From the NCBI RefSeq assembly GCF_004010195.1, contig NC_057719.1, positions 35,592,064-35,656,063 of the forward strand: DNA of 64,000 nt. The letters run 5' to 3'. Position numbers and translations under genes: made by a program. The notes beneath the pieces were generated by a model. The model was given only the letters and a program-made list of their open reading frames with translations. It ran no database searches and was not told the DNA's origin. This DNA comes from Chiloscyllium plagiosum (Eukaryota). Each line of letters begins with the position of its first letter. Within the stretch, counting starts at the first letter, position 1. Below, piece after piece: positions 12,355-24,344 of this stretch.

Positions 12355-15300
12355 AAGCTAGGTGGTAAATTGAAAAGCAGAACAGCTAAAAAAAAATGCT
12401 GTAATAATCTCTGGATTACTACCTGAGCCACGAGCTAATTGGCACAGGATCAATAAGATTGAGCAGGTAGACATATGGCTCAGAGATTGGTGTAGGAGAA
12501 ATGCATTTGAATTTATTGGACATTGGTACCAGTACTGGGGAAAAAGGGACCTATTCTGATAGGATGGTCTTCATCTGAACTGTGCTGCAAACAGAGTCCT
12601 AGTGAATTCTGTAACTAGGGCTGTCGAGAAGGCTTTAAACTAAATGATTGGTGAGCAGGGTTTAACTTTAGGGAAAATTAGAAAACCCGAATTAAAGGAG
12701 GAGGTGAAAGTACAGAACTCAGGAGGGGTTATTAAAATCTCCAGTACAGACATAAATAGGACAGAGTGTATGGAAAGGGTTAGCAATCAAACTTCAAGCA
12801 CACTGGACAAATACATGACAATGAGAAAAAGATTGGTTAATACAGGACTGAAGGCTTGCAGTATAAGGAATAAGATAAATGGGCTTGTAGCGCAGATCAA
12901 AATTGGCAAGTATGATGTGGTGGGCATTACAGAGACGTGGCTGCAAGAGGATCAGGATAGGGAGCTAAATATTCAAGGATATACATCCTATCAAAAAGAT
13001 AGGCAAGTGGGCAGACAGGGTGAGTTGTCTTATTAGTAAGAAACAAAATTAAATGGTGTTGAATCTGTGTGAGTAGAATTGAGGAACCGCAGAAGGTTAA
13101 AAAAAAGTTGAAATTACATACAGGCTTCCAAACAGTAGTCAGGAGCTGGGGCACAAAATACACCAGGGGATAGAAAAGATGTGTAGGAAAGGCAAAGTTA
13201 CAGTGACCATGGGAGATTTCAATATGCAGGTGGACTGGGAAAATCAGATTGGTAGTGGAGTGCAAGAAAAGGAATGTGTGGGATGTCTATAAGGTGGCTT
13301 TTTGGAGTAGCTTGTGGTGGAGCCCAATAGGGAACAAGCAATACTGGATTTAGTGTTGTGCAGTAAGGTAGACTTGACAAAGGAGCTTAAGGTGAAGGAA
13401 ACCTTAGAAGGCAATGATCATAATATGATTGAATTTACACTGCAATTTGAACGGGAGAAGATAGAATCCGAGGTAACAGTATTACAGCTAAATAAAAGCA
13501 ACTACAGAGGCATGAATGAGGAGCTGGGTAGAGTTGATTGGGAGAGGAACCTAGCAGCAAAGACAGTGGAACAGCAATGGCAGGAGTTTCTGGGAGTAAT
13601 TCAGGAGAGTCAGCAGAGATTCATCTCGAGGAAAAAGAAGCATGGTACAAGGAAGATAAGGTGACTATGGCTGACTAGGGAAGTCAGGGTTAGCATAAAT
13701 GCAAAAGAGAATGTATATAATCTGGTGAAGGACAGTGGGAAACCAGAAGATTGGGAAGCTTACAAAGACCAACAGAGGGCAACAAAAAAAGGAGGGAGAA
13801 GATTAAATATGAGGGTAAGCTAGTCAGTAATATATAGGAAGACTGTAAGAATTTCTTTAGAAATATAAAGAGCCCAAGAGAGGCAAAAGTGGACATTGGG
13901 CTGCTGGAAAATGAAGTTGGAGAGATAGAGAGGCAAAAGTGGACATTGGGCTGCTGGAAAATGAAGTTGGAGAGATAGTAGTAGGGATCAAGGAAATGGC
14001 TGAGGAATTGAATAATAACTTCACGTCAATCTTCACGGTGGAAGACACAAGTAATATCCCAAACATTCAAGAGAGTGAGGGGGCAGAGCTGAGTATGGTG
14101 GCCATCACCAAGGAGAAGGTGCTATAAAAACTGAATGGCCTCAAGGTAGATAAATAACCTGGACCAGATGGACTATACCCCAGAGTTCTTAGGGAGATAG
14201 TGGAGGCATTAATGATGATATTTCAGGAATCGCTACAATCAGGGAGGGTCACAGAGGACTGGAAAATCACTAACATGACACCTCTGTTTAAAAAGGGAGT
14301 ACGGCAAAATAGGGAAAATTACAGACCTGACCTCAGCCTGACCTCAGTCGTGGGTAAGATCCTGGAATCCATTGTGATTTCTAAGTTATGTAAGTTTATG
14401 GTAAAATAGGGCAAGATCAGCATGGTTTCATCAAGGAGAGATCATACTTGACAACTCTGATAAAATTCTTCGAGGAAGTAACAAGCAGGTTAGACCAAGG
14501 AGAGCCAATGCACGTCATCTACCTGGGCTTCAAGAAGGCCTTTGACAAGGTGCCGCATGGAGGCTACTGAGTAAGATAAGGGCTCATGGTGTTAGAGGCA
14601 AGGTGCTAGCATGGATAGAAGCTTGGCTGTCTGGCAGAAAGCAGAGAGTGGGGAAGAAAGGGTCCTTCTCAGGATGGCAGTCGGTGACAAGTGGTGTTCC
14701 ACAAGGCTCAGTGTTGGGACCACAACTTTTCACTTTACATATTAATGATCTAGATGAAGGAACTGAAGGCATTCTGGCTAAATTTACACATAATACAAAA
14801 ATAGATAGAGGGACTATTAGAATTGAGGAGTCAGGGAAGCTGCAGGAGGATTTGGGTAGGTTAGAGGCTTGGCAAAGAAAGGGCAGATGGAGTACAATGT
14901 GGGAAAATGTGAGGTCATGAACTTTGGTAGGAAGAATAGAGGCATGGACTGTTTTCTAAATGGGGAGAAAATTCAGAAATCTGAAGTGCAATGAGACTTG
15001 GGAGTTCTAGTCCAAGATTCTCTCGTGGTAAGCCTGCAGCCTGAGTCAGTGGTTAGGAAGGCAAATGCAAGGATGGCATTTATTTTGAGAGGACTTGAAT
15101 AAAAAGCAGGGATGTATTTCTGAGGCTTTATAAGACTCTGGTCAGATCCACATTTGGAGTATTGTGTGCACTTTTGGGCCCCATATCTCAGGAAGGATGT
15201 ACTGGCCCTAGAGCGTGTTCAGTGGAGCTTCACGGGAATAGTCCCAGGAATGAAAAGCTTAACATCTGAGTCTCTATTCGATGGAGTTTAGAAGGATAAG

Positions 15301-15670
15301 GGGGAATCTAATTGAAACATACAGAATACTGAATGGTCCGGACAGAGTATATGTTGGGAAGAAGTTTCCATTGGTAGGAGAGACCAGGACCCGAGAGAAC
15401 AGCCTCAGATTAAAGTGAAGACCTTTTACAATGGAGATAAGGAGAAACTTCTTCAGCCAGAGAGTAGTGAATCTTTGGAATTCATTGCCACAGAAGCCTG
15501 TGGAGGTCAGGTCATTGAGTATATATAAGACTGAGATAGATAGGTTCTTGAATATTAAGGGTACGGGAAGAAAGCGGGGAAAAGAGATTGAGAAACTTAT
15601 CAGTCATGATTGAATGGCGGAGCAGACTTGATGGGCTGAATGGCCTAATTTCTGCTCCTATGTCTTATGG
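12355..15670 (+). mobile_element. Long decayed CR1 LINE (ORF1 esterase C-terminus, ORF2 EN+RT, 3' end)
   Basis: ORF1 end with DGLHLN (12563-12580). ORF2 fragments GITETWL, AILDLVL, DHNMIEF and [14 protein letters not shown]. 3' end ..gggctgaatggcctaatttctgctcctatgtcttatgg. Confidence 0.9.
13879..13978 (+). repeat. Perfect 2 x 50 bp tandem duplication inside the CR1
   Basis: agaggcaaaagtggacattgggctgctggaaaatgaagttggagagatag occurs twice in tandem, period 50. Confidence 0.95.
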
Positions 15671-15709
15671 TATAAGTCCACACGTTCAATATGGTCTCTG
15701 AGAAACAAA

Positions 15710-16900
15710 TTGGGTGACTCCAAATTCTGAGATTGAGCCTTCTGCTTCTGGACTCTCCCACAAGGGAACACAATTTCTCCATATTTATCCTGTCAAGCCC
15801 TAAGTATCTTGTGTGTTTCAATAAAATCACCTCTCAACTCAACCCCAAATGAGTGTAGACCCAATATACTCAACATGTCCTCAAGAAAATCCTACTATTC
15901 CTGGTAACAACCCTGTAAACATGCCTCCAATGCTAGAGGATCTTTGCTTAGATGAGGGGACACAAGTATTCCAGATATAGTAAAAAATAATGCCTTATTA
16001 CCAATACTTCTCTATTTTGTACTCCATTCTCTTTGACATAAAGCCCTCTATTCCACACATTCTCTATTACCTATTGTACACTAACATTTTGTAATTAATG
16101 TACAAGGACTCCCAAATTCCTGTGCAGTTTTTCTATTTAAATAATATCTCCTCCATTCTTCTAATCAAAGTTATAACTTCACATTATCCCACATTATATT
16201 CCATCTGCCAAGTTTTGCCCACTTAATTAATCTGCCTATATCCCTCGACAGATTCCTCATCACTTGCATTCCACCTATTGTTGTGTCATCTGCATACTTT
16301 AGTAGTATAAGTAGTAGATAGAATATTCACATCCCTTATCCACGTAAGTATTGTGAATAGTTGTGGTCCCGGCACTGATCCATGTAGCTGTCTATTAGAT
16401 ACAGATCACCTGGAAGATGCCCACTTTATCCCAATTCTCCTTCATCTACTTGTTAGCCTATCCTCTATCCATGCTCATTTACATTACGCTCGGCATATGA
16501 TAAATAAATAACTCTAAATAATTAGCTGAATGTGTGGTACTTAATGAAGCCATGTGTCTGGAAATCAATAGATCCAATGATTCCAGTCTGTCATGTTTGT
16601 TACCTGTTCAAAGCTTTCTAATAAATTTATAATGCATGACTTCTGCCTTGTTAAATCAAGTTGACTGATTATATTACACATTTCTGAACACTCTGCTATT
16701 ACATTCTGTATAATATACTGTAACATGTTAAGCTAACTTGTCTATAATTACCTGATATTGTTTCCTTCGGTTTTGAATAAGAGTAAATCATTAGTAATTT
16801 TCCAATCCTCTGATACTTTTCTAGAGTTTAAGCATTCACTATCTCTGTAGCTATTTAACATCCTTAGATGTATCCCATCAGGTCCACTGGACTTATTGGC
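15710..16900 (-). mobile_element. Highly decayed CR1-type fragment
   Basis: Reverse complement shows CR1 3' and RT similarity (gtgtcatctgca; cccatcaggtccactggactt). Confidence 0.6.
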
Positions 16901-17240
16901 AAATGTTTTATGTACACAATGGAAATATGCAAAGGTAGGAGGCTAGGTGCTATTTGACTGAATCCATGTTTTTCACATAATAATCATGTTTGTGTGAGCT
17001 GAACTTAATGAGGATTGCATGGCAACACAATTTATTTGGTAATACATAGCATTGTTGAAACTGAATGCAACAGCACATGAATTATTGAGTTCAGAATACA
17101 ATGGTGCTGGATCTGGGTCACCAATATATGCTGCAAATATTAATTGTTTCCTTGGTGAACAGATGCCGCACAAAACATTCAGACACAAGATGAGTATTCA
17201 TGAAGCTGTGGTTAATATATGAGCATTGGTTGGTTAACAA

Positions 17241-19330
17241 ACATAGAGTCATAGAGATGTACAGTACAGAAACAGACCCTGCGGTCCAACTTGTCTATGC
17301 CAACCAGATATCCCAACCCAACCTAGTTCCATCTGCTAACATCTGGCACATATCCCTCCAACCCATATTCATATACGGATCCAGAATTCTTTTAAATGTT
17401 GTAATTGTACTAGCCTCCACCACTTCCTCTGGCAGTTCATTCCATATGCGTACCACCCTCTGTATGAAAAGTTGCCCCTTAGGTCTCTTTTATACCTTTT
17501 CCCTCTCACCCTAAACCTATGCCCTCTAGTTCTGGACTTCCCCACCCCACGGAAAAGACATTGTCTATTTATCCTATCCATTCTCTCATGATTTTATAAA
17601 CCTCTATAATGGTCACCCCTCCGCCTCCAACGCTCCAGGGAAAACAGCTCTAGCCTATTCAACCTCTCCCTATAGCTCAAATCCTCCAACCCTGGCAACA
17701 CACTTGTAAATCTTTTCTGAACCCTTTCAAGTTTCACAACACCTTTCTGATAGGAAGGAGACCAGAATTGCACACAATATTCCAACAGTGGCCTAACCAA
17801 TGTCCATTACAGCCGCAACATGACCTTCCAACTCCTGTACTCAGGACACCGACCAATAAAGGAAAGCATACTAAACGCCTTCTTCACTATCTATCTACCT
17901 GAGACTCCACTTTCAAGGAGCTATGAACCTGCACTCCAAGGTCTCTTTGTTCAGCAACACTCCCCAGGACCTTACCATTAAGTGTGTAAGTCCTACTAAG
18001 ATTTGCTTTCCCAAAATGCAGCATCTCGCATTTATCTAAATTAAACTCCATCTGCCACTTCTCAGCCCATTGACCTATCTTATCAAAATCCCCTTGTAAT
18101 CTGAGGTAACCTTCTTTGATGTCCACTACACCTCCAATTTTGGTGTCATCTGCAAACTAACTAACTATACCGCTTATGCTCGCATCCAAATTATTTATAT
18201 AAATGATGAAAAGTAGTGGACCCAGCACCGATCCTTGTGGCACTCCACTGGTCACAGGCCTTCAGTCTGAAAAACAACCCTCCACCACCACCTTCTGTTT
18301 TCTACCTTTGAGGCAGTTCTGTATCCAAATGGCTACTTCTCCCTGTATTCCATGAGATCTAACCTTGCTAACCAGTCTCCCATGGGGAACCTTGTCGAAC
18401 GCCTTACTGAAGTCCATATAAGTCACACCTACCACTCTGCCCTCATCAATCCTCTTTGTTACTTCTTCAAAAAACTCAATCAAGTTTGTGAGACATGATT
18501 TCCCACGCATGAAGTCCCCATGTTGACTATCCCTAATCAATCCTTGCCTTTCCAAATACATGTACATCCTATCCCTCAGGATTCCCTCCAACAACTTGCC
18601 CACCAACGTCAGGCTCACTGGTTTGTAGTTCCCTGGATTGTCCTTACCACCTTTCTTAAACAGTGGTACCACGTTAGCCAACCTCCAGTCTCCCGGCACC
18701 TCACCTGTGACTATCAATGATACAAATATCTCAGGAAGAAGCCCAGCAATCACTTCCCTAGCTTCCCACAGAGTTCTAGGGCACACCTGATCAGATCCTG
18801 GGGATTTATCCACCTTTATGTGTTTCAAGACATCCAGCACTTCCTCCTCTGTAATATGAACACTTTTCAAGATGTCACCATCTATTTCCCTACATTTTAT
18901 ATCTTCCATATCCTTTTCCACAGTAAACACTGATGCAAAATACTCGTTTCATATCTGTCCCATCTCCTGCAGCTCCACATAAAGGCTGCCTTGCCGATCT
19001 TTGAGGGGCCCTAGTCTCTCCCTAGTCACCCTTTTGTCCTTAATGTATTTGTAAAAACCTTTTGGATTCTCCTTAACTCTATTTGCCCAAAGTATCCCGT
19101 GTCCCCTTTTTGCCCTCCTGATTTCCCTCTTAAGAATACTCCTACTGCCTTGATACTCTTCTAAGGATTCACTCAATGTATCCTGTCTATACCTGACATA
19201 TGCTTCCTTCTTTTTCTTAACCAAACTCTCAATTTCTTTAGTCATCCAACATTCCCTCTACCTACCAGCCTTTCCTTTAACTCTAACAGGAATATACTTT
19301 CTCCAGACTCTTGTTATCTCATTTCTGAAG
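17241..19330 (-). mobile_element. Relatively young 5'-truncated CR1 LINE
   Basis: Long RT fragments (GKSCLTNLIEFFEEVT, YMDFSKAFDKVPH, VRPLLEYCVQFWSP) and a CTCTATGA tandem tail at the 3' end. Same family as 37420-38562. Confidence 0.92.
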
Positions 19331-19644
19331 GATGAAGGATGAAACATGAAACAAAGACTGGAGACATATAGAGCATTTTCCAAATTGGAGGCCATGACTA
19401 GCAGAATGCCACAAGGATCAGCATGAGATCTTCAGCTATTAACAATCTATATTCATGATTATTTAATCAAAGTGTTGAAGAATTATGTTTGCTGATGTCA
19501 CAGTTAGGTGTAAGAAGGATACAAAGAAGCTTCATTGACTCATTTAAAACTTAGTCCGACAATACGAAAGAAAAGACATATTTTGATGTTGTAAATCATG
19601 TCAATTTATTAAGAACAAAAATTATACTTAAACCAAAGTACTAC

Positions 19645-19951
19645 TGTCTTCTGGATTAGTGGTGCTGGAAGAGCACAGCAGTTCAGGCAGCATCCAAGGA
19701 GCTTCGAAATTGACGTTTCGGAGAGATAAGCTAGAGGAGGGTGGGAGTGGGGAGAAAGTAGCATAGAGTACAATGGGTGAGTGGGGGAGGGGATGAAGGT
19801 GATAGGTCAGGGAGGAGAGGGTGGAGTGGATAGGTGGAAAAGGAGATAGGCAGGTAGGACAAGTCCGGACAAGTCATGGGGACAGTGCTGAGCTGGAAGT
19901 TTGGAACTAGGGTGAGGTGGGGGAAGGGGAAATGAGGAAACTGTTGAAGTC
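19645..19951 (-). mobile_element. Penelope-like repeat terminus running into the gap
   Basis: gctggaagagcacagcagttcaggcagcatcc..gacgtttcg followed by a purine-rich body. It is the reverse complement of the family at 1-382. Confidence 0.6.
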
Positions 19952-20942
19952 NNNNNNNNNNNNNNNNNNNNNNNNNNNNNNNNNNNNNNNNNNNNNNNNN
20001 NNNNNNNNNNNNNNNNNNNNNNNNNNNNNNNNNNNNNNNNNNNNNNNNNNNNNNNNNNNNNNNNNNNNNNNNNNNNNNNNNNNNNNNNNNNNNNNNNNNN
20101 NNNNNNNNNNNNNNNNNNNNNNNNNNNNNNNNNNNNNNNNNNNNNNNNNNNNNNNNNNNNNNNNNNNNNNNNNNNNNNNNNNNNNNNNNNNNNNNNNNNN
20201 NNNNNNNNNNNNNNNNNNNNNNNNNNNNNNNNNNNNNNNNNNNNNNNNNNNNNNNNNNNNNNNNNNNNNNNNNNNNNNNNNNNNNNNNNNNNNNNNNNNN
20301 NNNNNNNNNNNNNNNNNNNNNNNNNNNNNNNNNNNNNNNNNNNNNNNNNNNNNNNNNNNNNNNNNNNNNNNNNNNNNNNNNNNNNNNNNNNNNNNNNNNN
20401 NNNNNNNNNNNNNNNNNNNNNNNNNNNNNNNNNNNNNNNNNNNNNNNNNNNNNNNNNNNNNNNNNNNNNNNNNNNNNNNNNNNNNNNNNNNNNNNNNNNN
20501 NNNNNNNNNNNNNNNNNNNNNNNNNNNNNNNNNNNNNNNNNNNNNNNNNNNNNNNNNNNNNNNNNNNNNNNNNNNNNNNNNNNNNNNNNNNNNNNNNNNN
20601 NNNNNNNNNNNNNNNNNNNNNNNNNNNNNNNNNNNNNNNNNNNNNNNNNNNNNNNNNNNNNNNNNNNNNNNNNNNNNNNNNNNNNNNNNNNNNNNNNNNN
20701 NNNNNNNNNNNNNNNNNNNNNNNNNNNNNNNNNNNNNNNNNNNNNNNNNNNNNNNNNNNNNNNNNNNNNNNNNNNNNNNNNNNNNNNNNNNNNNNNNNNN
20801 NNNNNNNNNNNNNNNNNNNNNNNNNNNNNNNNNNNNNNNNNNNNNNNNNNNNNNNNNNNNNNNNNNNNNNNNNNNNNNNNNNNNNNNNNNNNNNNNNNNN
20901 NNNNNNNNNNNNNNNNNNNNNNNNNNNNNNNNNNNNNNNNNN
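19952..20942. other. Assembly gap (991 N)
   Basis: Run of N. Confidence 1.
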
Positions 20943-21504
20943 AATCTTTATTCAAATTCCATCACCAGGAAGATAGGAAAACACCCGGGTGGCCAGTGAC
21001 AAGCACTGCCCTTCACATCAGAGGGCAGTGCTGTGTGATCAAAACAGTGAAGGGGAGGGTAGGGACTAAATCAAAATAGAATTGGAGGGAGAAATTATGC
21101 ACTCCACTCCCTGCGGCGCCCACCTCTCCCTGAACAACTCCAGGTTGTTGGTGGACACCGCGTGCTCCTTCTCCAAGGACACCCGGGCCCTAACGTAAAT
21201 CCCCTGTTTATTTCTTTTTCTTTTCTTTTTTTTTCCACAAAGTGCACGAATCTTTATTCAATTTCCATCGCCAGGAAGATAGGAAAAACACCCAGGTGGC
21301 CAGTGACAAACACTGCCCTTCACATCAAAGGGCAGTGCTGTGTGATCAAAACAGTGAAGGGGAGGGTAGGGACTAAATCAAAATAGAGTTGGAGGGAGAA
21401 ATGATGCACTCCACTCCCTGCGGCGCCCACCTCTCCCTGAACTCCTCCAGGGTGTTGGTCGACACCGCATGCTCCTTCACCAAGGACACCCGGGTCCTAA
21501 CGTA
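20943..21504 (-). mobile_element. Two tandem ~306-bp copies of a Tx1/L1-clade LINE 3' end
   Basis: Minus strand reads YVRARVSLEKEHAVSTNNLELFRERWAPQGVECIISPSNSILI*, followed by a 3'UTR with a hairpin, AATAAA and an A-rich tail. Period 306-307. Confidence 0.7.
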
Positions 21505-21689
21505 CTGTGACCTGTTATAAGCTGTTCAATATGCTTGACCCCACTCTTTTGCTTCAATGGCTTTATTGGTTTTCTACTCCATGTTTTGGAACTTTTCTTA
21601 CCAAGTCCACAGTTTTCAACCCTTGGGACTCTTTTGTTTCTCTGCAGTTAGGCCCTGTAAAGTCTGGCTGTTTAACTTTTAAAGGAAGT

Positions 21690-22410
21690 GGATATAGAGA
21701 TAAAAGGTTACTATCAGGACATCCACTAATAATCTTTAGTTTCTGGGAAGTCCCAGAGGATTGAAAACTGCCAAATGTTACACCCTCATACATAAATGGG
21801 GATGTGGGGGGATAAAAAAAACAGGTAAGTATAGGCCAGTTCATTTAATATCTGTTGTTGGGAAAATGTTAGACTCTACAGCATGCAATAGAGCATTTAA
21901 AAAAAATCATGCAGAGATAGCATGGCTTCATGAATGGGCAGTCATGCCTGACAAATTTATTACAGTTCTTTGAATAAGTCAAAACAAGATAAAGGAGAAA
22001 GTGAGGACTGCAGATGCTGGAGATCAGAGCTGAAAGTGTGTTACTGGAAAAGCGCAGCATGTCAGGCAGCATCCAAGGAACAGGAGAATCAACTTTTCGG
22101 GCATAAGTCCTTCTTCAGGATAAAGGACAACCAGGAGATGTAACAAATTTAGATTTCCAAAAGGCATCCAAAATGATATTGTACATTAGACTACTTAATA
22201 AGATCCAGTGGTGTTGGGAGTAATATGAGTATGGATGGAGGATTGGCTAAATAATAAAAGGCAGAGTTGGAATAACAGGGGCATTCTTCGGATGGCTACT
22301 TGTAATTAGTGGAGTCCCACAGGAATCTGTGCTGGGACCAAAATGATTTACAAGATATGTTAACCTATGATCTATATATTAACAATCAAAATTTGCAGAT
22401 GACAACTTTG
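21690..22410 (+). mobile_element. Decayed CR1 RT fragment interrupted by a Penelope-like short repeat (~21990-22120)
   Basis: YRPVHLISVVGKMLDS, ggagtcccacaggaatctgtgctgggacc and aaatttgcagatgac. Confidence 0.75.
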
Positions 22411-24344
22411 AACTATTTCAAACATTAAGAATAGTAAGAAAAACAGGCTTATATATAGCAGATTAAATATGATTCAGAAAAAACGTGACTTTTTTTAAAG
22501 GAAAAATGAGCACAGTTCTAGAGGGGATGCAAAAAAAGAATTCAAGGCATAAAAGAGGGCACAAAAAATTTCAGAATCTGCTAACACCACCCTTGCAGGC
22601 AGTCTTCAGGTAGGTTCCACTCGAGTCTGTTTGCAAGTTGATTAAAACTCAAGTCGGAACATAATGCAGGACAATGTAAATGAGTCATTTGTAAGTACAG
22701 GAAATATTCACATGCCAAAAATTGTACCCCCAAATGACATCGTGTTCCTATATACAAGCATTCATAAATCGGGACCCCGCGTATTTAAGAAACAGAATGA
22801 GACAACAAACAGGTATCATCTTTCTTTGGTTGTACTACTGTTAACATGTATTTCAATGTGTCAACCCTCCAAATATTGCCATTTAGCTCCATCTCAAACA
22901 GTTCCACTTGAAACTTCGGAATGCTGCACTTCATTGAGGATCAATATTGCATAATACTGAAGTTTCGATACTGCATTGCACTAAAAATTGTTGATTATGT
23001 TGAATCAGTCTGCGTACAGGTGTTTGAAATTGTTCGCGGCTTCAATTATATCACGTGGTCTGTTCTGTTTCAGTTTGAATCTCGTGCCTTGTCACTGGAC
23101 AGAAATCTGTGCGGACTGGTCGTTCTCCCACAGCTGGACCATTGGCATCTATTAGGTAGAAGATTTCAGAAAGTAGAGTGTGAATCTGCCAAGTGTATTG
23201 AATTGTTGATCATTTATACACTGTGAGACAATCACTTCGACTGTACTGTAGAATGCCACTTATTGACGTAGTTGCTCCTGTGTCTACGATTTTAGCTGTG
23301 TGTGTCATTCTGCCTTTTCAGGACATGCGATACCAATGCGGAAAGCCTGTCATTTTCTGAAATTTGGTTGATTCTCAACCTCACTTACGTATTTATTTTT
23401 GTGCATCATTTTAACTTTAGTTACTGCCAGTGTTGTGATGTTGTACTGAGTCATTTGTGTTTTGTTCTGTGATCTGCTTTGGCCTTTGGAACCACGTGCA
23501 AGCCGAATTTCCCTCGTCTCACGTCAAGAAATGCCGACAGCATTTTAGTAAGTAAACCCGTGACTGTTATTGATATTATTGGTTTGTTGCATTTTGCTGA
23601 TTACAGTAACAATCGTGACTGCACCTTAAGCATTAAATTGCTGTTGGCCTGCCTTCCTGTCCATCCTAAAGTAATAAAGACTTTCTCTTGCTCAAAAGAT
23701 CCTTCCTGAAGGTTTTTGTTGTGGAGGCAATGACTAACTCATTGAGCTTGACATTTCTCTTCAGAAATGTCACTTATTTTCCTGTTGCGCCATTTTAAAA
23801 AAAAATGGTGGATAGACTCATAGAGCATGTTATTCCTTAACTTCTTACCTTGGACAAGTTTTTGAGAAGCTTTGAAATTTTTTTTCTGGACCTTTCTGAC
23901 CATCTATGGAAAAACTTAATTCTGTAAAATACCACCTTGTCAATGGCAAGCAAGAGTTTGAGTTCTCAGGATTACCTAAAGTTTGGATCTGTGGAATAGA
24001 ACTGCATATGGTTTGAATAGTTACAGTTGTGAATTGTGTCACTGGATGTTCAATCCATAATTATGTTGGACTACAATTGGAATAAATAAACAGGTCAGTC
24101 AGACTAGCAGACTGACAGTAGTGGGGTAATGCCAGGATTAGTGCTTGTCCCAGCTATTCACAATCTATCAATTATTTGATTATAGGGACCAAATGTAGTA
24201 TTTCTATGTCTGCTAATGACAAAGTGAAGAAGGAATGGGAGTTATGAAGAAGATGCAGATGCCTCATGACATTGATAGTCTACCATGTTCTCACTCACTC
24301 AGCTGGAGTATAATGAGGAAAACTGAGAGGTTATCCATATTTAT

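Noticed and set aside
19807..20999. ORFs of 382 and 360 aa in the ORF track
   Set aside because: They consist almost entirely of X across the N gap.
22664..23226. Plus-strand ORFs of 96 and 101 aa in the CpG-retaining island
   Set aside because: No recognisable homology, domain or splice structure. The lengths are compatible with chance.
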